The notes under the pieces: generated by a model
Told to the model about the DNA's origin: nothing
Database searches by the model: none
The model's input: the letters and a program-made list of their open reading frames with translations, nothing else
Made by a program: the position numbers and the translations under genes
From: a virus
Lineage: Duplodnaviria > Caudoviricetes
Virus record (IMG/VR): IMGVR_UViG_2857192945_000001
Location: 7,598-71,597 of that record
Direction: 5' to 3' (one strand)
DNA length: 64,000 nucleotides
Shown: piece by piece, positions 57,321 through 64,000 of the stretch
Layout: each line of letters opens with the position of its first letter
Numbering within the stretch: the stretch's first letter is position 1

Positions 57321-57748
57321 TGAAGATGAAAGACATGGGTCCAATGGACGAAGTCTTCTCCCACGTCGATGACGTCACCGGAGAGACGCACCATTTCAAC
57401 ATCACGGCCATGACCAAGAGTTGGAAGGTGCGGACCAGGAAGACCGTGCAAATCGACGTGTTACCCGAAGTCGTTCAGTTCTTCCTCGAGAAGCGCGGGA
57501 TCGAACAGCACAGGGTGAGGCGCCTCCTGGGAGTCAGGATCGAAACGCCTGTCCTCGCTCTCCACTGGCCAGACGGAAGGCATCTGCTCGTGGACGGTCA
57601 TCATCGGTATGTGGCCGCGGGAATGAGTGGGGCGACACAGATACCTGCCAAGATGATCCCCCGATCGATCTGGAAGGAGTTCGTCATCACCGACCTTCCA
57701 GCAGAGGACGCAGCCCTGCTTACGAAAGGTATCTCCGGGATAGGTTGA
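57320..57748 (+). CDS. ParB/Sulfiredoxin-like domain protein
   Basis: PVLAL...HLLVDGHHRYVAA...G...IPA. Confidence 0.7.
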   Translation: MKMKDMGPMDEVFSHVDDVTGETHHFNITAMTKSWKVRTRKTVQIDVLPEVVQFFLEKRGIEQHRVRRLLGVRIETPVLALHWPDGRHLLVDGHHRYVAAGMSGATQIPAKMIPRSIWKEFVITDLPAEDAALLTKGISGIG

Positions 57749-57808
57749 GTTGTGCAATCAATTGCAAACGTCAGGCCCTAAGCCAAGATACGATTGAAGG
57801 AGAAAGAC

Positions 57809-58066
57809 ATGACGAAGTTTGTGGTGATCGTATCCGTCGACAGGAGTGGCAGCACCGGCAGTTTCGGCCTTATCAAGAAGGACGACTATGATCGTTGGCA
57901 GTGCGCTGACCTACCCGGCGCAGAGGACGTGAAGGACGAGCACATGCTCATGTTCGGAGGCCCGGTCGAAGGTGTGCAGGTTTTCGAAGGCTGGCCGAAT
58001 GTAATGCACGCCCTGAAGGAAGCGGGCGGTGAGATCGACGATCTGGCCATTGCTTTCGCATACTAG
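57809..58066 (+). CDS. Small hypothetical protein
   Basis: AAGGAG SD after palindrome 57753. Confidence 0.6.
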   Translation: MTKFVVIVSVDRSGSTGSFGLIKKDDYDRWQCADLPGAEDVKDEHMLMFGGPVEGVQVFEGWPNVMHALKEAGGEIDDLAIAFAY

Positions 58067-58080
58067 GGAAGTAAGCCGAC

Positions 58081-58290
58081 ATGACCGAAGTCAACTTCGC
58101 AGAGCACGACCAGAAGATACGGGAGAACCCGTCTCTCCGGCAGGCATACGGACAAGCACAGGCACACTTTGGCTACGGCTGGAGCAGGAGGCCGTGGGGG
58201 CATTGGAGCGACAGGCACAAGGCCGAGTATGATCGTGGGTACGAGGACGCCAAGCGCGGGGTCACGGATTACCCGACAGAAGAGGATTGA
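58081..58290 (+). CDS. Small hypothetical protein
   Basis: 69 aa, aromatic/Gly pattern ending EYDRGY. Confidence 0.55.
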   Translation: MTEVNFAEHDQKIRENPSLRQAYGQAQAHFGYGWSRRPWGHWSDRHKAEYDRGYEDAKRGVTDYPTEED

Positions 58291-58296
58291 CCACAT

Positions 58297-58506
58297 ATGC
58301 CGAAGCCGATCACTAAAACTCAGATGGCATCGCTATGGTTGGACGAGTTCTCCGACACAGGACACTGCTGCTTGTGCGGCAATCATGGCATCATCGACAC
58401 GCGAGGCAAGGTGTTCACCCCTGCAGGTCATGAGTGCGGCGACCGTGTTTGGTGCATTTGCCCCAATGGAAGAATTATGAAGAAACAGAGAGGCGGAAAG
58501 CCATGA
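58297..58506 (+). CDS. Small Cys-rich (Zn-ribbon-like) protein
   Basis: CCLCGNHG...WCICPNG; GAGGA SD. Confidence 0.6.
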   Translation: MPKPITKTQMASLWLDEFSDTGHCCLCGNHGIIDTRGKVFTPAGHECGDRVWCICPNGRIMKKQRGGKP

Positions 58507-59030
58507 TTGATATGATGGCAATGGCGTTCGCAACAGCGGCGCATTCAGCAATAGGTCAGACCCGCAAGTACACGGGCAATCCGTACATCGTCCATCCTCG
58601 GGCGGTCGTGCAGATCCTCCGGGACCACGGTATCAACGATCTGTGTGTCATCGGGGCAGCGTGGGTCCACGACGTGGTGGAAGACACGCAGGTCACGATC
58701 GAACAGATCGAAACAACGCTAGGACCGCGTATCGGTCACATGGTGCGGGACCTGACGAATGTTCCCCTGGAGTTCGGCAACAGGAAGGCTCGCTATGAGG
58801 AGAACCTGAGACGATTGTCCCTCGCATGCCCTGACTCACAGAACATCAAGCTCGCTGACCTGATCGACAATACGCGATCGATCGTGAAGCACGACCCGAA
58901 GTTCGCACCCAAGTATCTCGAGGAGAAGTCCGATACGATCGACGTACTGACGAGGGCAAAGCCTCTCCTGATCGAGACAGCCAGAAAGACGCTTCAGGAC
59001 GGTTGGGACCAATTGAAAAATAAGTCCTGA
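58503..59030 (+). CDS. HD-domain hydrolase, RelA/SpoT-type small alarmone hydrolase (Mesh1-like)
   Basis: AH..GQTRKYTGNPYIVHP, AAWVHDVVEDT, IKLADLIDN. Confidence 0.85.
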   Translation: MIDMMAMAFATAAHSAIGQTRKYTGNPYIVHPRAVVQILRDHGINDLCVIGAAWVHDVVEDTQVTIEQIETTLGPRIGHMVRDLTNVPLEFGNRKARYEENLRRLSLACPDSQNIKLADLIDNTRSIVKHDPKFAPKYLEEKSDTIDVLTRAKPLLIETARKTLQDGWDQLKNKS

Positions 59031-59034
59031 TATG

Positions 59035-59133
59035 TGCAATTAATTGCATTTCTTATTGCATCAAGTATGCTCTCAGTTAAGTTCAAGGCATAGGGAGCAA
59101 TCAACACTCCCCACGCCAAGGAGGGCAAGACAG
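59035..59133 (+). promoter_or_regulatory. Composite expression cassette: palindrome, promoter, leader hairpin, extended SD
   Basis: TTGCAT 59056-59061, 16 nt, TAAGTT 59078-59083, GGGAG-N9-CTCCC, GCCAAGGAGGGC 59115-59126. Confidence 0.65.
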
Positions 59134-59379
59134 ATGACCAGCAAGATGACCCCGGATTTTATCCTCATAGCAGCAGGCGGTAGCACCGTTCCCCAGCTGA
59201 ACATAGCGCTGTTTGGTGATCAGGAGCAGGTTGACGTGGAGGCAGAGGCGATGGCCGCCCAGCTATCGCTCGGAGGGTATTTCCATTTCGTTCTGGTCGA
59301 GAATGGCGATGCGGCCCACAAGATCGTCCAGGTGTACAAGGTCGATCAGCCTAAGCCTGTCGTCACCAGGCGCAAGTAA
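59134..59379 (+). CDS. Small hypothetical protein
   Basis: ATG after extended SD; bracketed by palindromes. Confidence 0.65.
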   Translation: MTSKMTPDFILIAAGGSTVPQLNIALFGDQEQVDVEAEAMAAQLSLGGYFHFVLVENGDAAHKIVQVYKVDQPKPVVTRRK

Positions 59380-59406
59380 GTTTGCAATCAATTGCACTGG
59401 AGGGAC

Positions 59407-59676
59407 ATGATGACCCGCATGACCAAGACAGCTCAGGTGATCGACCACATGCAGAAGGGCGAATGGAAGAAAGCCCTCAAGATTGCCAAGACTTTCACGA
59501 TCGGGGTGACCCAGGACCAGCGTGCAGTGCTGACTCGTGCCTACGAGGCGCATCACAATGGCTACCTGATGGCCCAGATGAAGCGGGACCCCGACCTGTG
59601 CATCGAAGCGGGCATCGCACTCCTCAAGGAAATGTATGGCCGGTTCTTGACCCAGGTCGACAATAAAGCAGCATAG
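59407..59676 (+). CDS. Small helical hypothetical protein
   Basis: GGAGG SD; bracketed by palindromes 59383 and 59681. Confidence 0.65.
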   Translation: MMTRMTKTAQVIDHMQKGEWKKALKIAKTFTIGVTQDQRAVLTRAYEAHHNGYLMAQMKRDPDLCIEAGIALLKEMYGRFLTQVDNKAA

Positions 59677-59708
59677 ATTGTGCAATCAATTGCACTGCCA
59701 AGGAGGGC

Positions 59709-59891
59709 ATGATGACCAAGCATTACCTGATCCTGTTCGGGGCCGATAACGAGGCGTTCCTCGCCATCGCAGTGGACCCGTCAGATGCGCTCGATGTGTT
59801 CGAGCAAGAAGGACACGACCGCGGCAGCGCCAACTCGATCTACGAGCTGACCGAAGTCGACCTACCGGAGGAGGGCGACAGCCATGAATGA
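59709..59891 (+). CDS. Small acidic hypothetical protein
   Basis: GCCAAGGAGGGC SD at 59697. Confidence 0.6.
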   Translation: MMTKHYLILFGADNEAFLAIAVDPSDALDVFEQEGHDRGSANSIYELTEVDLPEEGDSHE

Positions 59892-59994
59892 GTTTCTCCA
59901 TACCGTAGCCGAAGTGTTCGCACTCGGTCTGTTTCTCGCCACCGTCTTGTTGTGGGCCGACATTGTTCAGGTCCTGCGGGCTGCGGGGGTCTGA
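59884..59994 (+). CDS. 36-aa membrane peptide (not in ORF track)
   Basis: GGAGG SD; MNEFLHTVAEVFALGLFLATVLLWADIVQVLRAAGV fills gap between neighbours. Confidence 0.5.
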   Translation: MNEFLHTVAEVFALGLFLATVLLWADIVQVLRAAGV

Positions 59995-59995
59995 C

Positions 59996-60274
59996 ATGAG
60001 TGAGCAGAAAGTCGAATACGCGGCAGAACTGCCAGTCGGTATCGAGGGCAAAGCCCTGAAGCTGGGAGAGAACCAGCTTATCGGCCTTCACACGACCCTC
60101 GGTTCGCTGACCGCCCCCGAAGGCAAGTTCGACATAGCCCTGCACATCAGCGGCATGTGCGTGTGGATCAAGAGCCCGAAGGGAGACTGGTATCAGGTCA
60201 ACCATCGCGAGCTCTGGGAAGCCGCGGTCGCCAAGATCATCGAACACGAGAAGGAGGTCGACCAGCATGGCTAA
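59996..60274 (+). CDS. Small hypothetical protein
   Basis: ATG 59996, packed against neighbours. Confidence 0.6.
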   Translation: MSEQKVEYAAELPVGIEGKALKLGENQLIGLHTTLGSLTAPEGKFDIALHISGMCVWIKSPKGDWYQVNHRELWEAAVAKIIEHEKEVDQHG

Positions 60275-61148
60275 GAATTTCGAAGGTATCCGCACCGCCC
60301 TAGTCGCAATGCCCGCAGATGCAACCGACGAAATGATTGATGCGGCCCTTGCTGTAGATTGGGACAACGAGGACGAACGCGCCACCGTGCACAACATCTG
60401 GCACGCCATGACGGCCAAGCTCCCGTCTTCCCCCGCGCCTGCCGCTACAGATACGGGTCTGGAGACGGTTGCCAAGCTCGGCGGGATCATGGGCGTTATG
60501 CTCCTGCGCCACATTGAAAACCTTCGTCCCGAAGCGCAGGCCAAATACAAGGATGAGCTTGTCCGACGCTCGCAGGCTGAGGAGCTATTGGCGACGGAAC
60601 GGGCGGAGAAGGAGCGATGGCAGAATATCGCCAATGAGCGTCACCTAACAATCCGCGAACTCATCACCGAGCGAAACGATGCGCTGGAGCAAGTACATAC
60701 CCTGAGAGCCGACAACGCGGCGCTGACTGCGCAGATCAAGGAGTTGGAGCAAAGGTTAGCTGACAAGTTTTCGTTTACGTCAGACGACGATGCATTGACC
60801 GTCTTGGAACGATACGGCCACAAGGAAACAGGAAACGGCATCATCAAAGTCGATATGCGCTCTCTTGATGATATGTGCCGTGCAGCAGTCGCTTACCTTT
60901 GCGCTGAGTGGGATTTCGTATTCCAGGACGAAGTAGAGCTTAATCGAGAAGCCCTCGAAGCCAAGCTCGCTGCAGCTGAAAAGGACCGACTCCCCGAAGG
61001 TCACGTCATCATCGAACAGGCCGACATGTTGGATGCTCAAGGGCGTGTGAGTCAGACGGTCCAGGTCACCGCCACAGGGGAAGAATACGAGCGGATCGTT
61101 CATGTGCGCGAAGCATATGGGGAGGACGACAATGAGTACGCACGCTGA
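60267..61148 (+). CDS. Mosaic coiled-coil protein (Ead/Ea22-like style)
   Basis: AAGGAGG SD; ATDEMIDAA...IWHAM, heptad segments ADNAALTAQIKELE and ALEAKLAAAEK. Confidence 0.6.
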   Translation: MAKNFEGIRTALVAMPADATDEMIDAALAVDWDNEDERATVHNIWHAMTAKLPSSPAPAATDTGLETVAKLGGIMGVMLLRHIENLRPEAQAKYKDELVRRSQAEELLATERAEKERWQNIANERHLTIRELITERNDALEQVHTLRADNAALTAQIKELEQRLADKFSFTSDDDALTVLERYGHKETGNGIIKVDMRSLDDMCRAAVAYLCAEWDFVFQDEVELNREALEAKLAAAEKDRLPEGHVIIEQADMLDAQGRVSQTVQVTATGEEYERIVHVREAYGEDDNEYAR

Positions 61149-61326
61149 GGTCCAGATAGCTCAGATCACAGTGAAGCTCGAAGACGGGTCCTATGGGGTC
61201 GTCGTCCTTGGTCAGGATCGGCTCAACATGCTTATGCCTATGATAGAGGCACTGTCCGAGGGACCGGTCAAAATCCTCCGTGTGCCAGGCATTCAGGAAG
61301 TTCCCGTCGAGGAGGCGCTCAAATAA
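61132..61326 (+). CDS. Small hypothetical protein
   Basis: GGAGG SD, ATG 61132, TAATG coupling. Confidence 0.55.
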   Translation: MSTHAEVQIAQITVKLEDGSYGVVVLGQDRLNMLMPMIEALSEGPVKILRVPGIQEVPVEEALK

Positions 61327-61736
61327 TGCCCTTCTTCGGACTGACCAAGAAATCCAAGCAGGTAGGCATCCAGACCTATGCGAAGGCGATCAGGCTTCCC
61401 GAACCGTTGCGGGAGGTCGAGCTCGAATACCTCAGTGTGCGCGATCACTACATGCAAACCGTAGGGATCAAGGCACAGTACGAGGAGGCACTCGCACAGG
61501 CCAAGGCCGAGGGGCGCAAGGCAGATGCGGAGCTTTTCGGCAAGAAGATCTACGCGATGCAATCGAAGCTCACGGACAAGCGCCAGCGGGTGAAGGAAAT
61601 AGGCGAGAAGGCATACGCCGAGGCTGTCTACTTGGTTGCCACGGCCATGCTGCCAAAGGAAATCATGATGGCACTCGAGCAAGAGGCCGACAATTTGTTG
61701 GGGAGGCCGAGACATGAGCTCTCACGCGCAGACTGA
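61326..61736 (+). CDS. Hypothetical coiled-coil protein
   Basis: GGAGG SD, 136 aa. Confidence 0.6.
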   Translation: MPFFGLTKKSKQVGIQTYAKAIRLPEPLREVELEYLSVRDHYMQTVGIKAQYEEALAQAKAEGRKADAELFGKKIYAMQSKLTDKRQRVKEIGEKAYAEAVYLVATAMLPKEIMMALEQEADNLLGRPRHELSRAD

Positions 61737-62118
61737 GCTGAAAGAGCAGGTGCCGGCACACTGCTGCCCGTACTGCAAGAAGGAAGTCGGATATCTGGGG
61801 CGGGCACTCGCCTGGCTGTTCGGCACCAGCTTCCACGGATGCGACCAGTCGAACGTGAGAGTCGTCAATGAGCCGCCCATGGATAGGCTTCTGGAGCTGA
61901 ACCAGGCATTCAGGCCGATCTATAAGGCAGCCCACGCCCAGACAGTCCGCAACGACACGATCGAGGAGATCGCCCAGTGGCACGAGCGTGAGGCGAAGCG
62001 GCTCGAGGGGATCGAAATCCAGAATAAGCGCATCCGTCACAAGATCGCTCATCACCAGATCAGCGCTCGTCAGATCCGGGCGATGAAGAAGCTCCCCGAC
62101 GAGGCATGGAGGGACTGA
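61714..62118 (+). CDS. Hypothetical protein with CxxC...HxC motif
   Basis: GGAGG SD; HCCPYC...FHGC. Confidence 0.55.
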   Translation: MSSHAQTELKEQVPAHCCPYCKKEVGYLGRALAWLFGTSFHGCDQSNVRVVNEPPMDRLLELNQAFRPIYKAAHAQTVRNDTIEEIAQWHEREAKRLEGIEIQNKRIRHKIAHHQISARQIRAMKKLPDEAWRD

Positions 62119-62366
62119 TGGTAAGTCCACCATACATCATGCTCCTCGGAACAGTTGTCCACGACGATCTAGGCCAGAAATGGATCTACATGGGCACGAT
62201 CAAAACCAAGACGGGCGGTAGCTGGCAGCACAAGTTCATGCGAGCCATGGAAGCCAAGTGGCCGAAGATGCCTCACAGCTATGACGCCGTTCAGGTGAAG
62301 ACGATCATCGCCAAGTTCCCGGACGCCGCCGAGCATATCCAGCGTCCGTATATGATCATCAGCTAA
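62118..62366 (+). CDS. Small hypothetical protein
   Basis: GGAGG SD, TGATG coupling; palindrome directly after stop. Confidence 0.6.
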   Translation: MVSPPYIMLLGTVVHDDLGQKWIYMGTIKTKTGGSWQHKFMRAMEAKWPKMPHSYDAVQVKTIIAKFPDAAEHIQRPYMIIS

Positions 62367-62427
62367 TGCAATTAATTGCAATATGACGGTCATCAGTCAA
62401 AGTTCAAGGGAAGCCAAGGAGGGCAGA

Positions 62428-62697
62428 ATGAAGCTGTTCAGCAAAGAAATCATGATCGCAGCCACGGTCTACATTCAGGCCGAGGACGAGGAAGAAGCCC
62501 AGGCCAAGTACGACGAGCTGGTAGGCGATACGATGGAGATTTCCGGGGTCGATGGGGCGGGCCCGACGATCTACGGAGGCATGTTCCACGACGCCATGCC
62601 AGAAGTGAGCCTGTCTCCCGCTATGACGATCCATGGCCCGTTTCCGGATGATGACGGCTTCGAGTTGGTCGAGGAAGAACTGGAGCCGGGAGAATGA
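62428..62697 (+). CDS. Small acidic hypothetical protein
   Basis: GCCAAGGAGGGC SD at 62413. Confidence 0.65.
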   Translation: MKLFSKEIMIAATVYIQAEDEEEAQAKYDELVGDTMEISGVDGAGPTIYGGMFHDAMPEVSLSPAMTIHGPFPDDDGFELVEEELEPGE

Positions 62698-63050
62698 AGC
62701 GCCGGCAGCTCATAAGCAGCGACGAGGCAGTCGAAGGCAAGGTCCAGCACAAGAAGCCTTGTTCAGATTGTCCCTGGGCGCGCACAGCACTCAACGGCTG
62801 GCTCGGCGGGGCGACACCGGAGGAATGGCTCATGCGGGCGCACAGCGACACCTTCGTGAATTGTCACACGATCCGGAACATGCAGTGCGCGGGGCTGGCG
62901 ATCTACAGGCGCAATGTTTGCAAGTCCGTGATCCCACCAATCCTGAAGCTCGAGTCCGACAAGGAGGCCGTGTTCGCAACTCCTATGGAGTTCAAGGAAC
63001 ATCACTCGAAATTTCCGAAGATCGGAGGCGATGAATGTTCAGCTACGTGA
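62694..63050 (+). CDS. Cys/His Zn-binding hypothetical protein
   Basis: KPCSDCPW...NCH...QCAG pattern. Confidence 0.6.
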   Translation: MKRRQLISSDEAVEGKVQHKKPCSDCPWARTALNGWLGGATPEEWLMRAHSDTFVNCHTIRNMQCAGLAIYRRNVCKSVIPPILKLESDKEAVFATPMEFKEHHSKFPKIGGDECSAT

Positions 63051-63232
63051 CAGCCCAGAACAGCTGTGTGTTGACCGAGGAAGAAGCTCTCGCCATCAGC
63101 AAGCAGACGCACCTGTTTGGCTACAATCCTGTGATCGTGCGTCTCCCGACCGGAACGCGCCTGACGATGTTCTCGGACGCGGACGCGGCAAAGGTTCAGG
63201 AGCTGCGCGACGGGATGCGGAGGGGATCGTGA
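63035..63232 (+). CDS. Small hypothetical protein
   Basis: GGAGG SD upstream, 65 aa. Confidence 0.5.
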   Translation: MFSYVTAQNSCVLTEEEALAISKQTHLFGYNPVIVRLPTGTRLTMFSDADAAKVQELRDGMRRGS

Positions 63233-63408
63233 GCATCAAGGATGACCCACAGGAGATGGCTCGCGTTCAGGTACTCAACCATATGCTTGGTGAGCTGGAA
63301 GATTACCTGCTCGACCACTGCCCCGACGATCAAGCTTGGGAAGATTTTGATCCCGAGATCGACGCGCTGCGCACCAAGGTTCAGGAAATGCTTGGAGACA
63401 AGCCATGA
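63229..63408 (+). CDS. Small hypothetical protein
   Basis: GTGA overlap, GGAGG SD. Confidence 0.5.
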   Translation: MSIKDDPQEMARVQVLNHMLGELEDYLLDHCPDDQAWEDFDPEIDALRTKVQEMLGDKP

Positions 63409-63653
63409 AACTCTACAGCTATGATCTCGACTCAGGAAAACCCGCGTTCTTCGCAAGCAAGCTGTTTGCGAGCGAGAATGCACGGGTTCTTTCGAGGCAG
63501 GTCGATCATGTTGTTGAAGTCAAAGAGCATGATCTGACCGAGCAGAAGCGTTCCTTCATGATCGAGGCCGCCGCCAACAGGTCGTTCGAAGTCAGCAAAA
63601 GGTTATGCGCCTTCCGGAAAGGCAAAAGAGTCAAGGGGTGGGGAGAAGAATGA
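63405..63653 (+). CDS. Small hypothetical protein
   Basis: ATGA overlap, GGAG SD. Confidence 0.55.
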   Translation: MKLYSYDLDSGKPAFFASKLFASENARVLSRQVDHVVEVKEHDLTEQKRSFMIEAAANRSFEVSKRLCAFRKGKRVKGWGEE

Positions 63654-64000
63654 TTACGCCACGCATTGGTCATTACGACCCTAAACTCGGACGCGTGAGG
63701 ACCGACACGGACGATTTCTACGACCACCGGAAGCTCGTCCTTAGACAAGATCAAGATAGCCCGAGAGATCGAGGCTCAGCAGAAGAAAGGCCGCAAGTGA
63801 TGGCATTCAGAATGAAGATCGACGGGGTGGAGAAGAAGTGCATGCGCATCGGTGGTGTGCTCCACGGATATGAGAAGGTGCTCGTCTTCAATGATGAGGG
63901 GCAGCCCGAGGCTGAGCACAAAGTCCCCAAGGACTGGCTCGATATCGATGCTCGCGGGATCGCGGTCACGGGTGGGCACCAGTACGAACTTGTTCGCTAG
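63650..64000 (+). CDS. Hypothetical protein
   Basis: ATGA overlap, GGAG SD, TAG at window end. Confidence 0.55.
   Translation: MITPRIGHYDPKLGRVRTDTDDFYDHRKLVLRQDQDSPRDRGSAEERPQVMAFRMKIDGVEKKCMRIGGVLHGYEKVLVFNDEGQPEAEHKVPKDWLDIDARGIAVTGGHQYELVR

Larger units (their letters stand above)
959..62380. repeat. Dispersed 14-bp palindrome TGCAATTAATTGCA, 33 copies with 0-1 mismatch
   Basis: Starts of perfect copies: 4976, 8488, 11714, 14201, 16900, 19033, 20043, 28319, 41755, 44831, 46657, 50276, 51678, 52884, 54045, 54798, 55163, 59035, 62367. TGCAATCAATTGCA or its reverse complement: 7377, 18753, 34524, 34564, 36536, 37853, 43939, 57753, 59383, 59681. TGCAGTTAATTGCA or its reverse complement: 959, 2549, 30134. 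TGCAATTAATTTCA: 39781. Two-mismatch copies: 9951, 24949, 25990, 49873, 53340. Confidence 0.97.

Noticed and set aside
959-62380. Palindromes as a CRISPR array or integron attC sites
   Set aside because: Only 14 bp, dispersed at irregular gene-scale distances, no fixed-length spacers, no attC R/L box structure, and no cas1/2 or integrase in the window
959-62380. Palindrome as an RNA hairpin or terminator
   Set aside because: Five-bp AU-rich stem is weak, there is no consistent U-tract, and the 2549 variant would give an A-C mismatch on the transcribed strand
959-62380. Palindrome as a host Fur/Mur-type box
   Set aside because: Shares TGCAA...TTGCA arms, but Fur-family boxes are typically 7-1-7 whereas this is 7-0-7; not called without a matrix comparison, though not excluded
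2548-62651. ORF-track entries beginning MQLIA / MQLTA / MQSIA or extended through the motif
   Set aside because: Artefacts of TTG/GTG/ATG triplets at the palindrome; better starts with SD sequences lie downstream (e.g. 14239, 20073, 54893, 59134, 59407)
1-64000. Prophage or temperate lifestyle
   Set aside because: No integrase, att site, CI-like repressor or host genes visible; lifestyle cannot be determined from this window

Overview
The window is 64 kb of a tailed dsDNA phage (siphovirus-type, lambda-like M-L-K-I-J tail tip), probably infecting an alphaproteobacterium of the Rhizobiales (inferred from the style of the tail-fibre and accessory proteins, not verified). Essentially every credible gene lies on the + strand. 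Gene order: CX5R phosphatase and hypotheticals; family A DNA polymerase; head (portal, MuF-like, XkdF-like protease, scaffold, capsid); head-tail genes; a fibre cassette; tail tube, frameshifting chaperone and tape measure; tail tip; lysis (GH19 endolysin, spanins, holin); a full replication/recombination module; a ~450 bp non-coding region with three 19-bp repeats; then ~9 kb of small early-type ORFs. I saw no terminase, integrase, tRNA or CRISPR array. The main unexplained structure is a 14-bp AT-rich palindrome, TGCAATTAATTGCA, found by eye at 33 sites with 0-1 mismatch across the whole window. It usually sits just after a stop codon, often overlaps or abuts a TTGCAn-N16-TAnnnT promoter-like element, and is also written into four coding positions as xQLI(A/S). 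It looks like a genome-wide protein-binding-site system, and two paralogous phage proteins are candidate binders. The second highlight is an Acb1-like 2H phosphoesterase domain inserted in the MuF-like head protein. All calls come from reading motifs by eye; no searches were run.
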